Position numbers and translations under genes: made by a program. Of a DNA stretch of 64,000 nucleotides, positions 45,203-55,959 are shown one piece after another. Within the stretch, counting starts at the first letter, position 1; each line of letters opens with the position of its first letter. The notes under the pieces were generated by a model. The model saw only the letters and a program-made list of their open reading frames with translations, did not search any database and had not been told where the DNA came from. The stretch is from an uncultured Clostridia bacterium (lineage in GTDB: Bacteria; Bacillota; Clostridia; TANB77; CAG-508). The stretch is from assembly GCA_944390405.1 (NCBI GenBank), contig CALXPS010000003.1, positions 1,937 through 65,936 of the forward strand. The letters are read 5' to 3'.

Positions 45203-45862
45203 CTACCTATTTTGTTTTGCTTTAATTATTAACCTTTTCTTATTAGAATTATTACAGGTAATTAAAGTAATCTCTTTAATAGATTCATTTTGTTTAATAC
45301 AAGAAGTATCAGAAGCAACAGTTTCAAATTTATCATAAATTTTGTAAGCAACATAGCTACCATCTAAATTATAAACTTTAATAATATCATTAATTTCTAA
45401 AAACTTTAGATTACTAAAAAGTTCATTATTATCGTAATTATGCCCAGCAATACAAAAGTTCCCATAATCATTTAAATTACCCCCATAAAATTTACAAGGT
45501 GCAATTTCTAAAAAATCGTCGGTAGTTTTTGAAAGAATAGGATATCTTAAATTTATTTTTTCTATTTGTATAATACCTAAAACATCAGCACTTTCCCCAT
45601 TTTCTAAGATTACATTAGGTAATACTACAGGAGCATTTATAGAATATAAACGTTGAATATCATATACTCCCAGGATATTTTTAGAAACTTTTTCTTTCTT
45701 CAAAAGTCTAAAATATAAAAACATATAATATGAAATAAATATTATAAATGCGAATAAAGAAAATATAAATAAAGATTTATATATTTTTTTCTTTTTTATT
45801 TGATTATTCTTATAGGAAATTATATTGCTTTCTACCTTTTCAGGATATATAATCTGGTTCAT
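45203..45862 (-). CDS. Sortase-family transpeptidase
   Basis: N-terminal TM, CIAGHNYD (His), TLITCNN (TLxTC Cys), RLIIKA (Arg). Confidence 0.8.
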   Translation of the reverse strand: MNQIIYPEKVESNIISYKNNQIKKKKIYKSLFIFSLFAFIIFISYYMFLYFRLLKKEKVSKNILGVYDIQRLYSINAPVVLPNVILENGESADVLGIIQIEKINLRYPILSKTTDDFLEIAPCKFYGGNLNDYGNFCIAGHNYDNNELFSNLKFLEINDIIKVYNLDGSYVAYKIYDKFETVASDTSCIKQNESIKEITLITCNNSNKKRLIIKAKQNR

Positions 45863-46866
45863 ATAATTAAGTATGTGTAAAAAGCTGCAAAAAATGCTTG
45901 CAATAATTTTCCAACAAAATAAGGTTTAATGGAAATATTTGCTTTTGAAGTAATACTCAATACTTGTAAGAGTACGGAAAATCCGCCGAATCCTAAAACA
46001 AATGAGCAAATAACTAATTTAAAACTAATACTTAGAGAACTAAGTTCACAAATAAAAGAAAGTCCATTTGTAACCTCTATAAATCCTGTAAGTAAACTCA
46101 AGCTCAATTCTTCCGGAATATGTAAAACACTTAATACATGAGAGGATAGAACATGTAAAATATGGCTGGTATTAAGCATAGAAATAATTATTGAAAATAG
46201 AACAACAAAACCTCCAATCATAAGTATAGTATTTATAGAACTTATAATACTTTTGGATAAAACTTCGCCTAGATTACAAAAAGCAAGAGAGTTGTTTTCA
46301 ATTGAATATGTTGCATCTCGAAAATGCTTTTCTTTAGATTTACCCCACCATCTAAACAAAAAACCAACAGTAAGACAACTTAAAAGATGAGTAAAAAATA
46401 AGATTAATCCAATAGATGAATTATAAAAAAGCCCAATACCAACAGTACCAACAATAAACAAAGGGCCAGAATTATTTGTAAAAGCAATTAATCTCTCAGC
46501 TTCTACTTTATTACAAAGCTTGTTTTCCTTTAAATTAGCAACAATCTTAGCACCAACAGGATAGCCACTAATAATTCCCATAAGTAAAGCAAATGCACCT
46601 TCTCCAGGAACATTAAATATAGGACGCATAAATCTATTTAATAATTTTCCACACATAGGAATAACATTAGTATAACCTAAAAGTTCAGTAGCAATAAAAA
46701 AAGGCAGAAGAGAAGGGAGAACAGAATTTGCCCATAAAGAAAGGCCAGACTTTGCAGCTGCTAAATTATTCTTGGAAAAAACAAGCAAAAATAAAATAAA
46801 CATACAAATAAGACTAGGCAAAACTAAAGACTTTATCTTAAAAACAATACATTTAAACTTTCTCAT
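45859..46866 (-). CDS. ylbJ: Sporulation integral membrane protein YlbJ-like (nucleoside-recognition domain)
   Basis: AAAKSGLSLWANSVLPSLLPFFIATELL. The stop overlaps the sortase start (ATGA). Confidence 0.65.
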   Translation of the reverse strand: MRKFKCIVFKIKSLVLPSLICMFILFLLVFSKNNLAAAKSGLSLWANSVLPSLLPFFIATELLGYTNVIPMCGKLLNRFMRPIFNVPGEGAFALLMGIISGYPVGAKIVANLKENKLCNKVEAERLIAFTNNSGPLFIVGTVGIGLFYNSSIGLILFFTHLLSCLTVGFLFRWWGKSKEKHFRDATYSIENNSLAFCNLGEVLSKSIISSINTILMIGGFVVLFSIIISMLNTSHILHVLSSHVLSVLHIPEELSLSLLTGFIEVTNGLSFICELSSLSISFKLVICSFVLGFGGFSVLLQVLSITSKANISIKPYFVGKLLQAFFAAFYTYLII

Positions 46867-46957
46867 ACAAACAAGCTCCTTTTATTAATGTATATTATAA
46901 AAAAGGATAAATATACCGTCTATTATTGTAGTACCTAAAAAAAGCAAATTTTAGAAA

Positions 46958-47686
46958 TTAAATTCCTAAAATTTGCTTTGCTCTTTTTATATCTTCATCA
47001 TTTGCACATCTAACATCTTTTAAAGGATATTTTAAGCCTAATTTTTCCCATTTATAAACTCCCATATTATGATATGGATGTAGTTCAATTTTTTGAACAG
47101 TTTTTAGAGAATGTAGAAAATCCTTTAGTTTTATTAAATCTTCTTCATTATCAGTAATTCCTGGAATTATAACTTGTCTAATCCAAATTGGAATGTTATT
47201 GTCACTTAGGTATTTTGCAAACTCTAATTCTAATTTGTTAGAAAAACCAACTAAATCCTTACATTTCTCATCATCAATATGTTTTATATCTAATAAAACT
47301 AAATCAGTCAAATCTAATACTTTCTTAATTTCTGGAGTTATAGGAAACATACCAGATGTATCTAATGCGATATGAAAACCTAGTTTTTTTAATTCACTAA
47401 ATAGAGAAATTAAAAATTTAGGCTGAAGTAAAGGCTCACCACCAGTAGCAGTAACTCCACCACCAGAAAATTCAATGTATTCTTTATATTTATTTATATC
47501 TTCAACTAATTCTGAAACAGTAATTTTGGTACCTATTGAAGTATCCCAAGTATCTCTATTATGGCAGTACTTACATTTTAAATGACAACCTTGAAAAAAT
47601 ATTACAAATCTAATTCCTGGTCCATCAACTGTGCCAAATGTTTCAATTGAATGAATTCTTCCAGTCAAATTTTCCACAAATATCAT
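46958..47686 (-). CDS. pflA: Pyruvate formate-lyase activating enzyme (radical SAM)
   Basis: SIETFGTVDGPGIRFVIFFQGCHLKCKYCHNRDTW. Confidence 0.9.
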   Translation of the reverse strand: MIFVENLTGRIHSIETFGTVDGPGIRFVIFFQGCHLKCKYCHNRDTWDTSIGTKITVSELVEDINKYKEYIEFSGGGVTATGGEPLLQPKFLISLFSELKKLGFHIALDTSGMFPITPEIKKVLDLTDLVLLDIKHIDDEKCKDLVGFSNKLELEFAKYLSDNNIPIWIRQVIIPGITDNEEDLIKLKDFLHSLKTVQKIELHPYHNMGVYKWEKLGLKYPLKDVRCANDEDIKRAKQILGI

Positions 47687-47745
47687 CCTCCATAAATAGT
47701 AATAATATAGGCGGGTTTTACAGCCCGCCCATTAGTTAAAATAAA

Positions 47746-49983
47746 TTACATCTTTTCTTGAATAGTACGGTGAATAACATCTAATTGTTGCTCTCTTGTT
47801 AATTTTACAAAGTTAACTGCATATCCAGAAACTCTTATTGTAAGTTGTGGATATTTTTCAGGATGATCCATAGCATCTAATAATAATGCTCTGTCAAATA
47901 CATTTACATTAATATGATGACTACGTTTTGCAAAATATCCATCTAATAATGAAGTTAAATTGTTAATTCTTTCTTCTTCATCTTTACCCAATGTTTTTGG
48001 AGTAATAGAGAAAGTATAAGAAATACCATCTTCTGAATATGTGTAAGGCAACTTAGCTATAGTATTTAATACAGCAAGAGCACCATGAGTATCTCTACCA
48101 TGTAATGGATTAGCACCAGGACCAAAAGGTTCACCAGAACGTCTACCATCAGGAGTATTACCTGTATTTTTACCATAAACAACATTTGATGTTATAGTAA
48201 GGATTGATAAAGTTGGTTTAGAATTTCTATATGTTTTTTGTTTTTTAAGTTTATGAATAAATCTCTTAACAACATCAATAGCTATATCATCAACTCTGTC
48301 ATCATCATTACCATATTTAGGGAAATCTCCTTCAACTTTGTAATCTACAGCTAAACCGGTTTCATCTCTAATTACTTTAACTTTAGCATATTTTATAGCT
48401 GAAAGTGAATCTGCAACAACAGATAATCCAGCGATACCACAAGCCATGGTTCTTAAAATATCTTGATCATGTAAAGCCATTTCTAACTTTTCATAAGAAT
48501 ATTTATCATGCATATAGTGAATTATATTTAAAGCGTTTATATAAACTCTTGCAACCCAATCCATCATATTATCAAATTTTTCCATAACTTCATCATAATC
48601 TAAGTATTCAGAACGTATTGGTTCAAATTTTGAAGCTACTTGTTTACCAGATATTTCATCTCTACCACCATTAATTGCATACAATAGAGTTTTTGCTAAA
48701 TTACATCTAGCACCAAAGAATTGCATTTGCTTACCAGTTCTCATGGCTGAAACACAGCAAGCTATTGAATAATCATCACCCCAGAATTCTCTCATTAAAT
48801 CGTCATTCTCATATTGAATAGAAGATGTTTCAATAGATAGTTTTGTACAATATTTTTTGAATCCTTCTGGTAATCTTGTAGACCAAAGAACTGTCATATT
48901 TGGTTCTGGAGCAGGACCTAAGTTTACTAATGAATGCAACATTCTAAAAGAGTTTTTAGTAACTAAAGTTCTTCCATCAATACCCATACCACCAATTGAT
49001 TCAGTTACCCAAACAGGGTCTCCACTAAATAATTCATTGTATTCAGGTGTTCTTAAGAATCTTATTAATCTTAATTTCATAATAAAGTGGTCCATTAATT
49101 CTTGTGCTTCTTCTTCAGTTAAAACACCGTTTCTAATATCTCTTTCGATGTAAATATCTAAGAAAGTAGATGTTCTACCTAAGCTCATAGCTGCACCATT
49201 TTGTTCTTTTGTAGAACCTAAATATCCAAAATATAACCATTGAATAGCTTCTTTAGCATTAGCAGCTGGGCGAGAAATATCAAAACCGTATTCAGAAGCC
49301 ATAACTTTTAATTCATTTAATGCATCTATTTGGTCATGTACTTCTTCTCTATCTCTAACAGTTTCTTCATGTATAGAAGGAACTTCTAAAGATTGCATAA
49401 CTTCTTTTTTATCTTCAATTAGTGCATCTACACCATATAAAGCAATTCTTCTATAATCTCCTATAATTCTTCCTCTACCATATCCATCTGGAAGACCAGT
49501 AATAATGTGAGAACTTCTAGCCGCCCTAATTTCAGGTGTATAGGCTGCAAAAACACCATCATTATGAGTTCTTCTGTAGTTTTTAAATATAGTTTCAACC
49601 TCTGGAGATAGTTTTACATCTATTGCTTCACAAGATTTTTCAACAATTCTAATACCACCATTAGGCATTATAGCTCTTTTAAGAGGTTTATCAGTTTGTA
49701 AACCAACTATTTGCTCAAGATCTTTATTAATATATCCTGCTGGATGACTTGATATTGTAGAAACAGTATCAGCATCAACTTCAAGAACACCACCTTTAGA
49801 TTCTTTTTCTTTTTTATATAAATCTAAAATTGTGTCCCATAATTTTTTTGTTCTTTCTGTAGGTCCAGCTAAAAAATCAGCATTTCCTTCATAAGGTGTA
49901 TAATTTTTTTGAATGAAATTTCTAACATTAATTTCATGTCTCCATTCTCCACCTTTAAAATCTTTCCATTCATCAAAATTCAT
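47746..49983 (-). CDS. pflB: Formate C-acetyltransferase (pyruvate formate-lyase)
   Basis: Glycyl-radical motif [11 protein letters not shown]; ACCVSAM active-site Cys pair. The start is moved to [14 protein letters not shown], which has an AAAGGAGTG RBS. Confidence 0.9.
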   Translation of the reverse strand: MNFDEWKDFKGGEWRHEINVRNFIQKNYTPYEGNADFLAGPTERTKKLWDTILDLYKKEKESKGGVLEVDADTVSTISSHPAGYINKDLEQIVGLQTDKPLKRAIMPNGGIRIVEKSCEAIDVKLSPEVETIFKNYRRTHNDGVFAAYTPEIRAARSSHIITGLPDGYGRGRIIGDYRRIALYGVDALIEDKKEVMQSLEVPSIHEETVRDREEVHDQIDALNELKVMASEYGFDISRPAANAKEAIQWLYFGYLGSTKEQNGAAMSLGRTSTFLDIYIERDIRNGVLTEEEAQELMDHFIMKLRLIRFLRTPEYNELFSGDPVWVTESIGGMGIDGRTLVTKNSFRMLHSLVNLGPAPEPNMTVLWSTRLPEGFKKYCTKLSIETSSIQYENDDLMREFWGDDYSIACCVSAMRTGKQMQFFGARCNLAKTLLYAINGGRDEISGKQVASKFEPIRSEYLDYDEVMEKFDNMMDWVARVYINALNIIHYMHDKYSYEKLEMALHDQDILRTMACGIAGLSVVADSLSAIKYAKVKVIRDETGLAVDYKVEGDFPKYGNDDDRVDDIAIDVVKRFIHKLKKQKTYRNSKPTLSILTITSNVVYGKNTGNTPDGRRSGEPFGPGANPLHGRDTHGALAVLNTIAKLPYTYSEDGISYTFSITPKTLGKDEEERINNLTSLLDGYFAKRSHHINVNVFDRALLLDAMDHPEKYPQLTIRVSGYAVNFVKLTREQQLDVIHRTIQEKM

Positions 49984-50134
49984 AAAATTAATCACTCCTT
50001 TTCTTTCACATTTATTATGATACCACAAAACCACATATTTTACAACGAGTTTATAAAAAAAAACAAAAAGCTTGTAAAATTTACAGAAAAATAGTATAAT
50101 AGACAAGTATTTAAATTTAAAAAGGAGAAATAAT

Positions 50135-50662
50135 ATGGAAGAAGAAAAAAAATTAAAAGTTCTAATAAGTGAAGAAGAACTAAATGCTAGAATTAAAGAA
50201 TTAGCAAAACAAATTTATGAAGATTATCATGGACAGGAGATAACATTTATATGTATCTTAAAAGGTTCAATATTTTTTACAGTAGAACTTGCAAAAAGAA
50301 TACCAAGTGATATCAATTTTGAATTTATCAGAGTTTCAAGCTATCATGGGGAAAATAGTACTGGAGTAATAAAGATGAAGGTAGACTTGCAAGGAGATAT
50401 AAAAGGTAAAGATGTAATTATAATTGAAGACATAGTAGATACAGGAAGAACATTATCATATTTAAAAGAATATTTAAAAAGTAAAGAACCAAAGAGTTTA
50501 AAAGTATGTTCATTATTGGACAAAAAAGAAAGAAGAGTATGCGAAATGGAAGCAGACTATGTAGGATTTGATATCCCAGATAAATTTGTTTTAGGTTATG
50601 GATTAGATGTAGATGAAAAATATAGAAATCTTCCATATATAGGATATTATGACAATGTTTAA
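50135..50662 (+). CDS. hpt: Hypoxanthine phosphoribosyltransferase
   Basis: [21 protein letters not shown]-binding motif. Confidence 0.9.
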   Translation: MEEEKKLKVLISEEELNARIKELAKQIYEDYHGQEITFICILKGSIFFTVELAKRIPSDINFEFIRVSSYHGENSTGVIKMKVDLQGDIKGKDVIIIEDIVDTGRTLSYLKEYLKSKEPKSLKVCSLLDKKERRVCEMEADYVGFDIPDKFVLGYGLDVDEKYRNLPYIGYYDNV

Positions 50663-52442
50663 TATTAATGAAGAATTAAAAAAACTCCCATCTAAACCGG
50701 GAGTTTATATTATGAAAGATAAAAATGATAATATTATATATGTAGGGAAAGCAGTATCTTTAAAAAATAGGGTTACTCAGTATTTTAGAAAAACAAACAA
50801 AACTACTAGAATAGAAAAAATGGTTTCATTAATAGACCATTTTGAATATATAGTAACAGACAATGAAGCAGAGGCTTTAATACTTGAATGTAATCTTATA
50901 AAAAAGAACATGCCTAAATTTAATGTGCTTTTAAAAGATGATAAAACATATCCATATATAAAAATAGATATAAAATCAGATTATCCAAATGTATTTTATA
51001 CCAGAACAATAAAAAATGATGGTGCCAAATACTTTGGACCTTATGCAAATCCAGGTGCAGCGAAGGAAATGATAAATTTCATAAAAGAGAGATTTCAAAT
51101 AAGGCAATGTAGAGTATTTAAATCAAATAAAAGAGCATGTTTAAATTATCATATAAAAAGATGTTTAGCACCATGTGTAAACTATGTTTCAAAGGAAGAA
51201 TATAGAAAACAAATAGACCAGATTATTATGCTTTTAGAGGGTAGAACAGATGCAATAATAAAAGAACTAGAAAATGAAATGAAAATCTCTGCCCAAAAAC
51301 AAGAATATGAAAAAGCAGCAATGTTAAGAGACAAAAAAGTAGCAATAGAAAGAATCTCATTAAAACAAAAAGTCTCAAATATAAATGAAAAAGCAATAGA
51401 TGTAATAGGTGTATATAAAAACGAGCTTTCTGTTTGTGTAGAAATATTCTTTGTTAGAAATAGCAAAATGATAGGAAGAGAACATTACTTTTTAAACAAT
51501 ATGCAAGGAGAAGAAATTTCTACAATTCTTTCCGATTTTGTAAAACAATATTATATGCAAAAAGAGGAATTTCCAAGCAAAATAATGTTACAAGAAGATA
51601 TTGAAGATAGAAACATAATAGAACATTTATTAGAGCAAAAAGCAGGAAAAAAAGTAGAATTTCGAATTCCACAAAAAGGTGAAAAATTAAGATTTATAGA
51701 AATGGCAATTAATAATGCAAAAATAACCTTAGAAAACAAAACAAAAGATAAACAAGATTTAGTACTAAATTTAAAACAAGTATTGAATTTACAAAAACTG
51801 CCAAGAAAAATAGAATGTTATGACATATCTAACATATCAGGGGATTACATGGTGGCAGGCATGTGTGTAGCAATAGATGGAGTTATAAAAAGAAACTTAG
51901 CAAGAAGATTTAAAATAAAAACAGTGTTTACCCAAGATGACCCAAGATGTTTAGAAGAAGTTGTAACAAGAAGGATAAAACACTCAATAGAAAATCCAAA
52001 AGGAGGTTTTGGAGAACTTCCAAATGTAATATTTGCAGATGGTGGCATAACACAAATAAGAGCAATAAAAAGAGCAATAGACAAGTATAATGTAGATATT
52101 CCAGTGTTTGGGATGGTTAAAGATGATAAACATAGAAGCAAAAACTTAATAGATGAAAATAGAAACATCATAAAATTAACAGAAGAACAAATGAACTTTA
52201 TAACAAGACTGCAAGACGAAGTCCATAGTGTTGCAATAGAATATAATAGAAAATTAAGAGAAAAAGACACAAGTAAATCTATGTTAGATAGAATTCCAGG
52301 AATTGGAAAGAAAAGAAAACAAGAGCTATTAAAAAAATTTGGTAGCATAGAAGGTATAAAAGAAGCAAGTTTAGAAGAAATAGAAAAAATAAAAGGAATA
52401 AATGCAGATTTAGCTAGAAATATCAAAGAATTTTTGGATTAA
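50649..52442 (+). CDS. uvrC: Excinuclease ABC subunit C
   Basis: GIY-YIG (PGVYIMKDKNDNIIYVGKA), UVR domain, C-terminal (HhH)2. Confidence 0.95.
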   Translation: MTMFNINEELKKLPSKPGVYIMKDKNDNIIYVGKAVSLKNRVTQYFRKTNKTTRIEKMVSLIDHFEYIVTDNEAEALILECNLIKKNMPKFNVLLKDDKTYPYIKIDIKSDYPNVFYTRTIKNDGAKYFGPYANPGAAKEMINFIKERFQIRQCRVFKSNKRACLNYHIKRCLAPCVNYVSKEEYRKQIDQIIMLLEGRTDAIIKELENEMKISAQKQEYEKAAMLRDKKVAIERISLKQKVSNINEKAIDVIGVYKNELSVCVEIFFVRNSKMIGREHYFLNNMQGEEISTILSDFVKQYYMQKEEFPSKIMLQEDIEDRNIIEHLLEQKAGKKVEFRIPQKGEKLRFIEMAINNAKITLENKTKDKQDLVLNLKQVLNLQKLPRKIECYDISNISGDYMVAGMCVAIDGVIKRNLARRFKIKTVFTQDDPRCLEEVVTRRIKHSIENPKGGFGELPNVIFADGGITQIRAIKRAIDKYNVDIPVFGMVKDDKHRSKNLIDENRNIIKLTEEQMNFITRLQDEVHSVAIEYNRKLREKDTSKSMLDRIPGIGKKRKQELLKKFGSIEGIKEASLEEIEKIKGINADLARNIKEFLD

Positions 52443-52553
52443 AAATTATCATATTTGTACTACTTTAAGAATATATTTAAAATATGGGACAAATAGTCTT
52501 TAAAAGTTTGCCTAAAATATATATTGGGCAACTTTTAAGAAAGGAGTACATAT

Positions 52554-52727
52554 ATGATAGATATTGCAAATGAACAATTTTGGGATGAAAAATTTGAGGA
52601 AAAAAAGGAAACAAAATTAAGTTTTGCAAATAAAATTATAATGGTAGGATTAATATTATTTGGAGTATGCACACTAATTAATACAATACTAATATATGCA
52701 TTTTTTAACCTACTAAATAACTTATAA
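52554..52727 (+). CDS. Small membrane protein (57 aa, hypothetical)
   Basis: AAGGAG RBS and one C-terminal TM. Not in the ORF track. Confidence 0.3.
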   Translation: MIDIANEQFWDEKFEEKKETKLSFANKIIMVGLILFGVCTLINTILIYAFFNLLNNL

Positions 52728-52741
52728 AGGAGAGGTTCAAA

Positions 52742-53602
52742 TTGAACATAGCAACAAATTGGAAAGATTATGAGATATTAGATATGGCAAATGGAGAAAA
52801 ATTAGAAAATTGGGGAGGATATACCCTAGTTCGTCCAGACCCACAAATTATTTGGAAAAATAAGAGTTTTCCAGACAAATGGAAGAATGCAAATGCTACA
52901 TATAAGAGAAGTAAAACAGGAGGAGGTGCATGGAGTTACAGAACTAAATTACCAGCTTCTTGGCAAATTAAATATGGAAATTTAGTATTTAATATAAAAC
53001 CGATGGGATTTAAACATACAGGACTATTCCCAGAACAAGCAGTTAATTGGGATTGGATGATGTATAAAATAAAAAATTCCAGAAGACCAATCAAAGTGCT
53101 AAACCTATTTGCATATACAGGAGGAGCAACAGTAGCATGTCTTGCAGCAGGAGCTTCAGTATGCCATGTGGATAGCTCAAAAGGTATGGTAGCTTGGGCA
53201 AAAGAAAATGTAATATCATCTAATCTTCAGGATAAACCGGTTAGATATATTGTAGATGATGTTATAAAATTTGTTCAAAGAGAAATAAGAAGGGGAAACA
53301 CATATGATGCAATAATAATGGATCCACCATCTTATGGAAGAGGTACATCAGGCGAAGTATGGCAATTTGAAGAAAATATTGCAGATTTAGTAGAGCTTTG
53401 TACAAAGATACTAAGCAATAAACCATTATTCTTTTTAATAAATTCATATACAACAGGTATTTCACCAGAAGTTTTAAGTAATATTTTAAAGATAAACTTA
53501 AATAAGTACAATGGGAAAATAACATCAGGGGAGATTGGATTACCAATGAAATCATCAAATCTATTACTACCATGCGGTATATTTGGAAGATGGGAAAAAT
53601 AA
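52742..53602 (+). CDS. Class I SAM-dependent methyltransferase (RlmI/YccW-like core)
   Basis: TTG start. VLNLFAYTGGATVA (motif I), IIMDPPSYGRG (motif IV). Confidence 0.75.
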   Translation: MNIATNWKDYEILDMANGEKLENWGGYTLVRPDPQIIWKNKSFPDKWKNANATYKRSKTGGGAWSYRTKLPASWQIKYGNLVFNIKPMGFKHTGLFPEQAVNWDWMMYKIKNSRRPIKVLNLFAYTGGATVACLAAGASVCHVDSSKGMVAWAKENVISSNLQDKPVRYIVDDVIKFVQREIRRGNTYDAIIMDPPSYGRGTSGEVWQFEENIADLVELCTKILSNKPLFFLINSYTTGISPEVLSNILKINLNKYNGKITSGEIGLPMKSSNLLLPCGIFGRWEK

Positions 53603-53628
53603 ACTTATGTAAATTTTATGAAATAATC

Positions 53629-53676
53629 AAAATCCTATATGAAAATAAATTATAAAATTTTCATATAGGATTTTTA
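53629..53676 (+). terminator. Terminator with an 18-bp perfect stem
   Basis: aaaatcctatatgaaaat-(10 nt)-attttcatataggatttt followed by t. Confidence 0.7.
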
Positions 53677-53755
53677 TATTGTTTATATAAAAAATGAAAA
53701 TATAAATAAAAGATAATATAAAATAACATCATCGAAAGGGAATTAAGGTGAAAAG

Positions 53756-54379
53756 ATGGTAGATGAAATCTGTAATAGATTAACTCTAAGAATTAAAAAA
53801 GAAATACCCGATGTAGATGATGAAAGAGCAGAAGTAATAAATTATGGACTACAATTACTGATAGGCGAAATCCCCAAAACTTTAATAATAATTGGGATAG
53901 CTTGGATTTTAGGAGTATTAGACTTAACAATATTAGCACTAATACTAATGTTACCATATAGAACAGCTTCAGGTGGAGTACATTTGAAGACACATATAGG
54001 ATGTATTGTAGCAACTTCAGTTTTTTACATAGGAAATGCTGTTTTAAGCAAATATATTGTACTTGAAAAAATAGTGCAATATATAATAACAGGAGCAATT
54101 TGGTTATTTTCAATGATTATGATTAAGTTATATGCACCAGCAGATACTGAAGCTGTTCCAATTTTAAGAAAAAAAGAAAGAAAAATAAAAAAAGTATTAT
54201 CATACATAACAATGTCAGTATCACTTATAATAGCATTACTAATTAATAATACAATTATTTCAAATATTTTAATATTTGGAACATTATTTCAAACACTTAC
54301 TATAACTAGATTTATGTATAAAATAACAGGGAATAGATATGGATATGAAGAATACATAAAAAATGAAAATAATAATTAA
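53756..54379 (+). CDS. agrB: Accessory gene regulator B (AgrB, AIP-processing membrane peptidase)
   Basis: INYGLQLLIGEIPKTLIIIGIAWILG...LPYRTASGGVHLKTHIGC is a characteristic AgrB core. Confidence 0.85.
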   Translation: MVDEICNRLTLRIKKEIPDVDDERAEVINYGLQLLIGEIPKTLIIIGIAWILGVLDLTILALILMLPYRTASGGVHLKTHIGCIVATSVFYIGNAVLSKYIVLEKIVQYIITGAIWLFSMIMIKLYAPADTEAVPILRKKERKIKKVLSYITMSVSLIIALLINNTIISNILIFGTLFQTLTITRFMYKITGNRYGYEEYIKNENNN

Positions 54380-54432
54380 ATAGGCTACTAAATAACTTTA
54401 CATACATGAATAAAAAATTAGGAGGTGGTATT

Positions 54433-54552
54433 ATGACAAAATTATTAGCAAAATTAGCAGAAAAATATGCTAAAAACACAAATACAGCATGCTTTTTCTG
54501 GTTTGCATGGCACCAACCAAAAATGCCAGCATCATTAATAAAAAAAGATTAA
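54433..54552 (+). CDS. agrD: Autoinducing peptide precursor AgrD (39 aa; not in the ORF track)
   Basis: MTKLLAKLAEKYAKNTNTACFFWFAWHQPKMPASLIKKD. Amphipathic leader, single Cys, HQP...P recognition tail. GGAGGTGG RBS. Confidence 0.7.
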   Translation: MTKLLAKLAEKYAKNTNTACFFWFAWHQPKMPASLIKKD

Positions 54553-54557
54553 TAAAA

Positions 54558-54590
54558 AATGCCCTAGGTTAATTTCCTAGGCCATTTTTT
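54558..54590. terminator. Bidirectional terminator between agrD and agrC
   Basis: aatgccctagg...cctaggccatt followed by tttt. Confidence 0.5.
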
Positions 54591-55959
54591 AATTATCATA
54601 AATTTCAAATTGTTGTGTAAAAAAGTCTTCATTTTTAGTAGTAAATAAATCTAAATTAGTATGTTTTCTTAAATATTTGCGAACTTCCCATAATCCTAAA
54701 CCATGGTTTTTAGAATTTTCATCATTTGCATTATCTTCTTTTGAAGTATAACCTTTTTCAAAAATTCTATCTATATTTATATCTTTATTAATATAAGTAT
54801 TTTGAATAATAATTAAAATTTTATTTGATTTATCTTTTCTAAAAGTAATATTTATTACTTTATTTTCGCATTTAGAACTAGCCTCAATAGCGTTATCTAA
54901 AAGAATTCCTAAAATTCTAGTTAATTCATATGTTTTAATATTTAAATTATTTAAATCTACAAAAACTTCTAAATTTATTTGTATATTAAGTTCTTCAGCT
55001 TTATAATATTTATCTGCCAATAAACTATATATAGCAGGATTATTAATAAGTTCAGGATTTAACACAGCTAAATTGTTATTAATTTGACAATCTTTTAACA
55101 AATCTCTGTAATATAACTTTAAACCATCTATATTATTAGTAGTAACATACCCACCAATAGCTTGTACAATATTATTAAAATCATGTTTAAAACCTCTAAT
55201 ATTATCATGTAAAGTATTTAAAGTTTTATTATACATTTTTTCTTCTTCTAATAATTGTTCAGTTTGTTCTAATTTACTAGTTCTAAATAGACTATATAAG
55301 CTAATAAAGAAGTACACTAATAATACAACTAATGATAAAATAATTATGAGACTTGGAATATAATCAATATATAAAAACTCTACATATGCTTGTAAAAATA
55401 TTGCTATTATTCCAACAACAAAGTTTATAATTAGTAGATTATAACTAAAATGATCAAATCTATCAAAGAACGTAATATGAAATTTAGTTAATTTCAGTAT
55501 TATATATACTAAAAATAAAATTGTGTATAAAATAACTGAGTATAATATTTTATGTGCAGGTATAACTGAAACTTCCAAAGAAGTTACATTAAAAACAAAA
55601 GTATATATACTAATTAATGGTGTAACAATTAAAAACATCACAGTATATATTGTAATCTCAGCAAGAATAGCCTTTAAAGCATTGGTTTTCAAAATAAAAT
55701 ATATTAGAATAGGAAAAGCCATTATATTTATGAAAGTATTAAATGGACTTGGGATAAAATATGATGTTATAATTGCAACTAATGAATTACATAAAATGTA
55801 TATTATACCTTGCTTTTTAGAAAAAGATATGTTTAAAAGCGTGGTAAATAATAGTAAAGTCAATGTTAGTTCTATGAAAAGCATAGGTATACTCAAAATA
55901 TTTAATAAAATTTCATTTTCACTTGTTAACGCATTCCAAATTGTTTGTAAAATTTCCAT
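54589..55959 (-). CDS. agrC: AgrC-type (HPK10) sensor histidine kinase
   Basis: Polytopic N-terminus. H-box IRGFKHDFNNIVQAIGGY, N-box LGILLDNAIEAS, G-box HGLGLWEVRKY. The start at MEILQTIW has a GGAGG RBS and overlaps the agrA 3' end by 41 nt. Confidence 0.85.
   Translation of the reverse strand: MEILQTIWNALTSENEILLNILSIPMLFIELTLTLLLFTTLLNISFSKKQGIIYILCNSLVAIITSYFIPSPFNTFINIMAFPILIYFILKTNALKAILAEITIYTVMFLIVTPLISIYTFVFNVTSLEVSVIPAHKILYSVILYTILFLVYIILKLTKFHITFFDRFDHFSYNLLIINFVVGIIAIFLQAYVEFLYIDYIPSLIIILSLVVLLVYFFISLYSLFRTSKLEQTEQLLEEEKMYNKTLNTLHDNIRGFKHDFNNIVQAIGGYVTTNNIDGLKLYYRDLLKDCQINNNLAVLNPELINNPAIYSLLADKYYKAEELNIQINLEVFVDLNNLNIKTYELTRILGILLDNAIEASSKCENKVINITFRKDKSNKILIIIQNTYINKDINIDRIFEKGYTSKEDNANDENSKNHGLGLWEVRKYLRKHTNLDLFTTKNEDFFTQQFEIYDN

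Noticed and set aside
53654-53667. AAAATTTTCAYATA motif shared between the agrB upstream region and 56737-56750, considered as a possible common AgrA box
   Set aside because: The agrB-proximal copy is simply one arm of the 18-bp terminator hairpin of the methyltransferase gene. A 14-mer of this composition is not significant in DNA this AT-rich.
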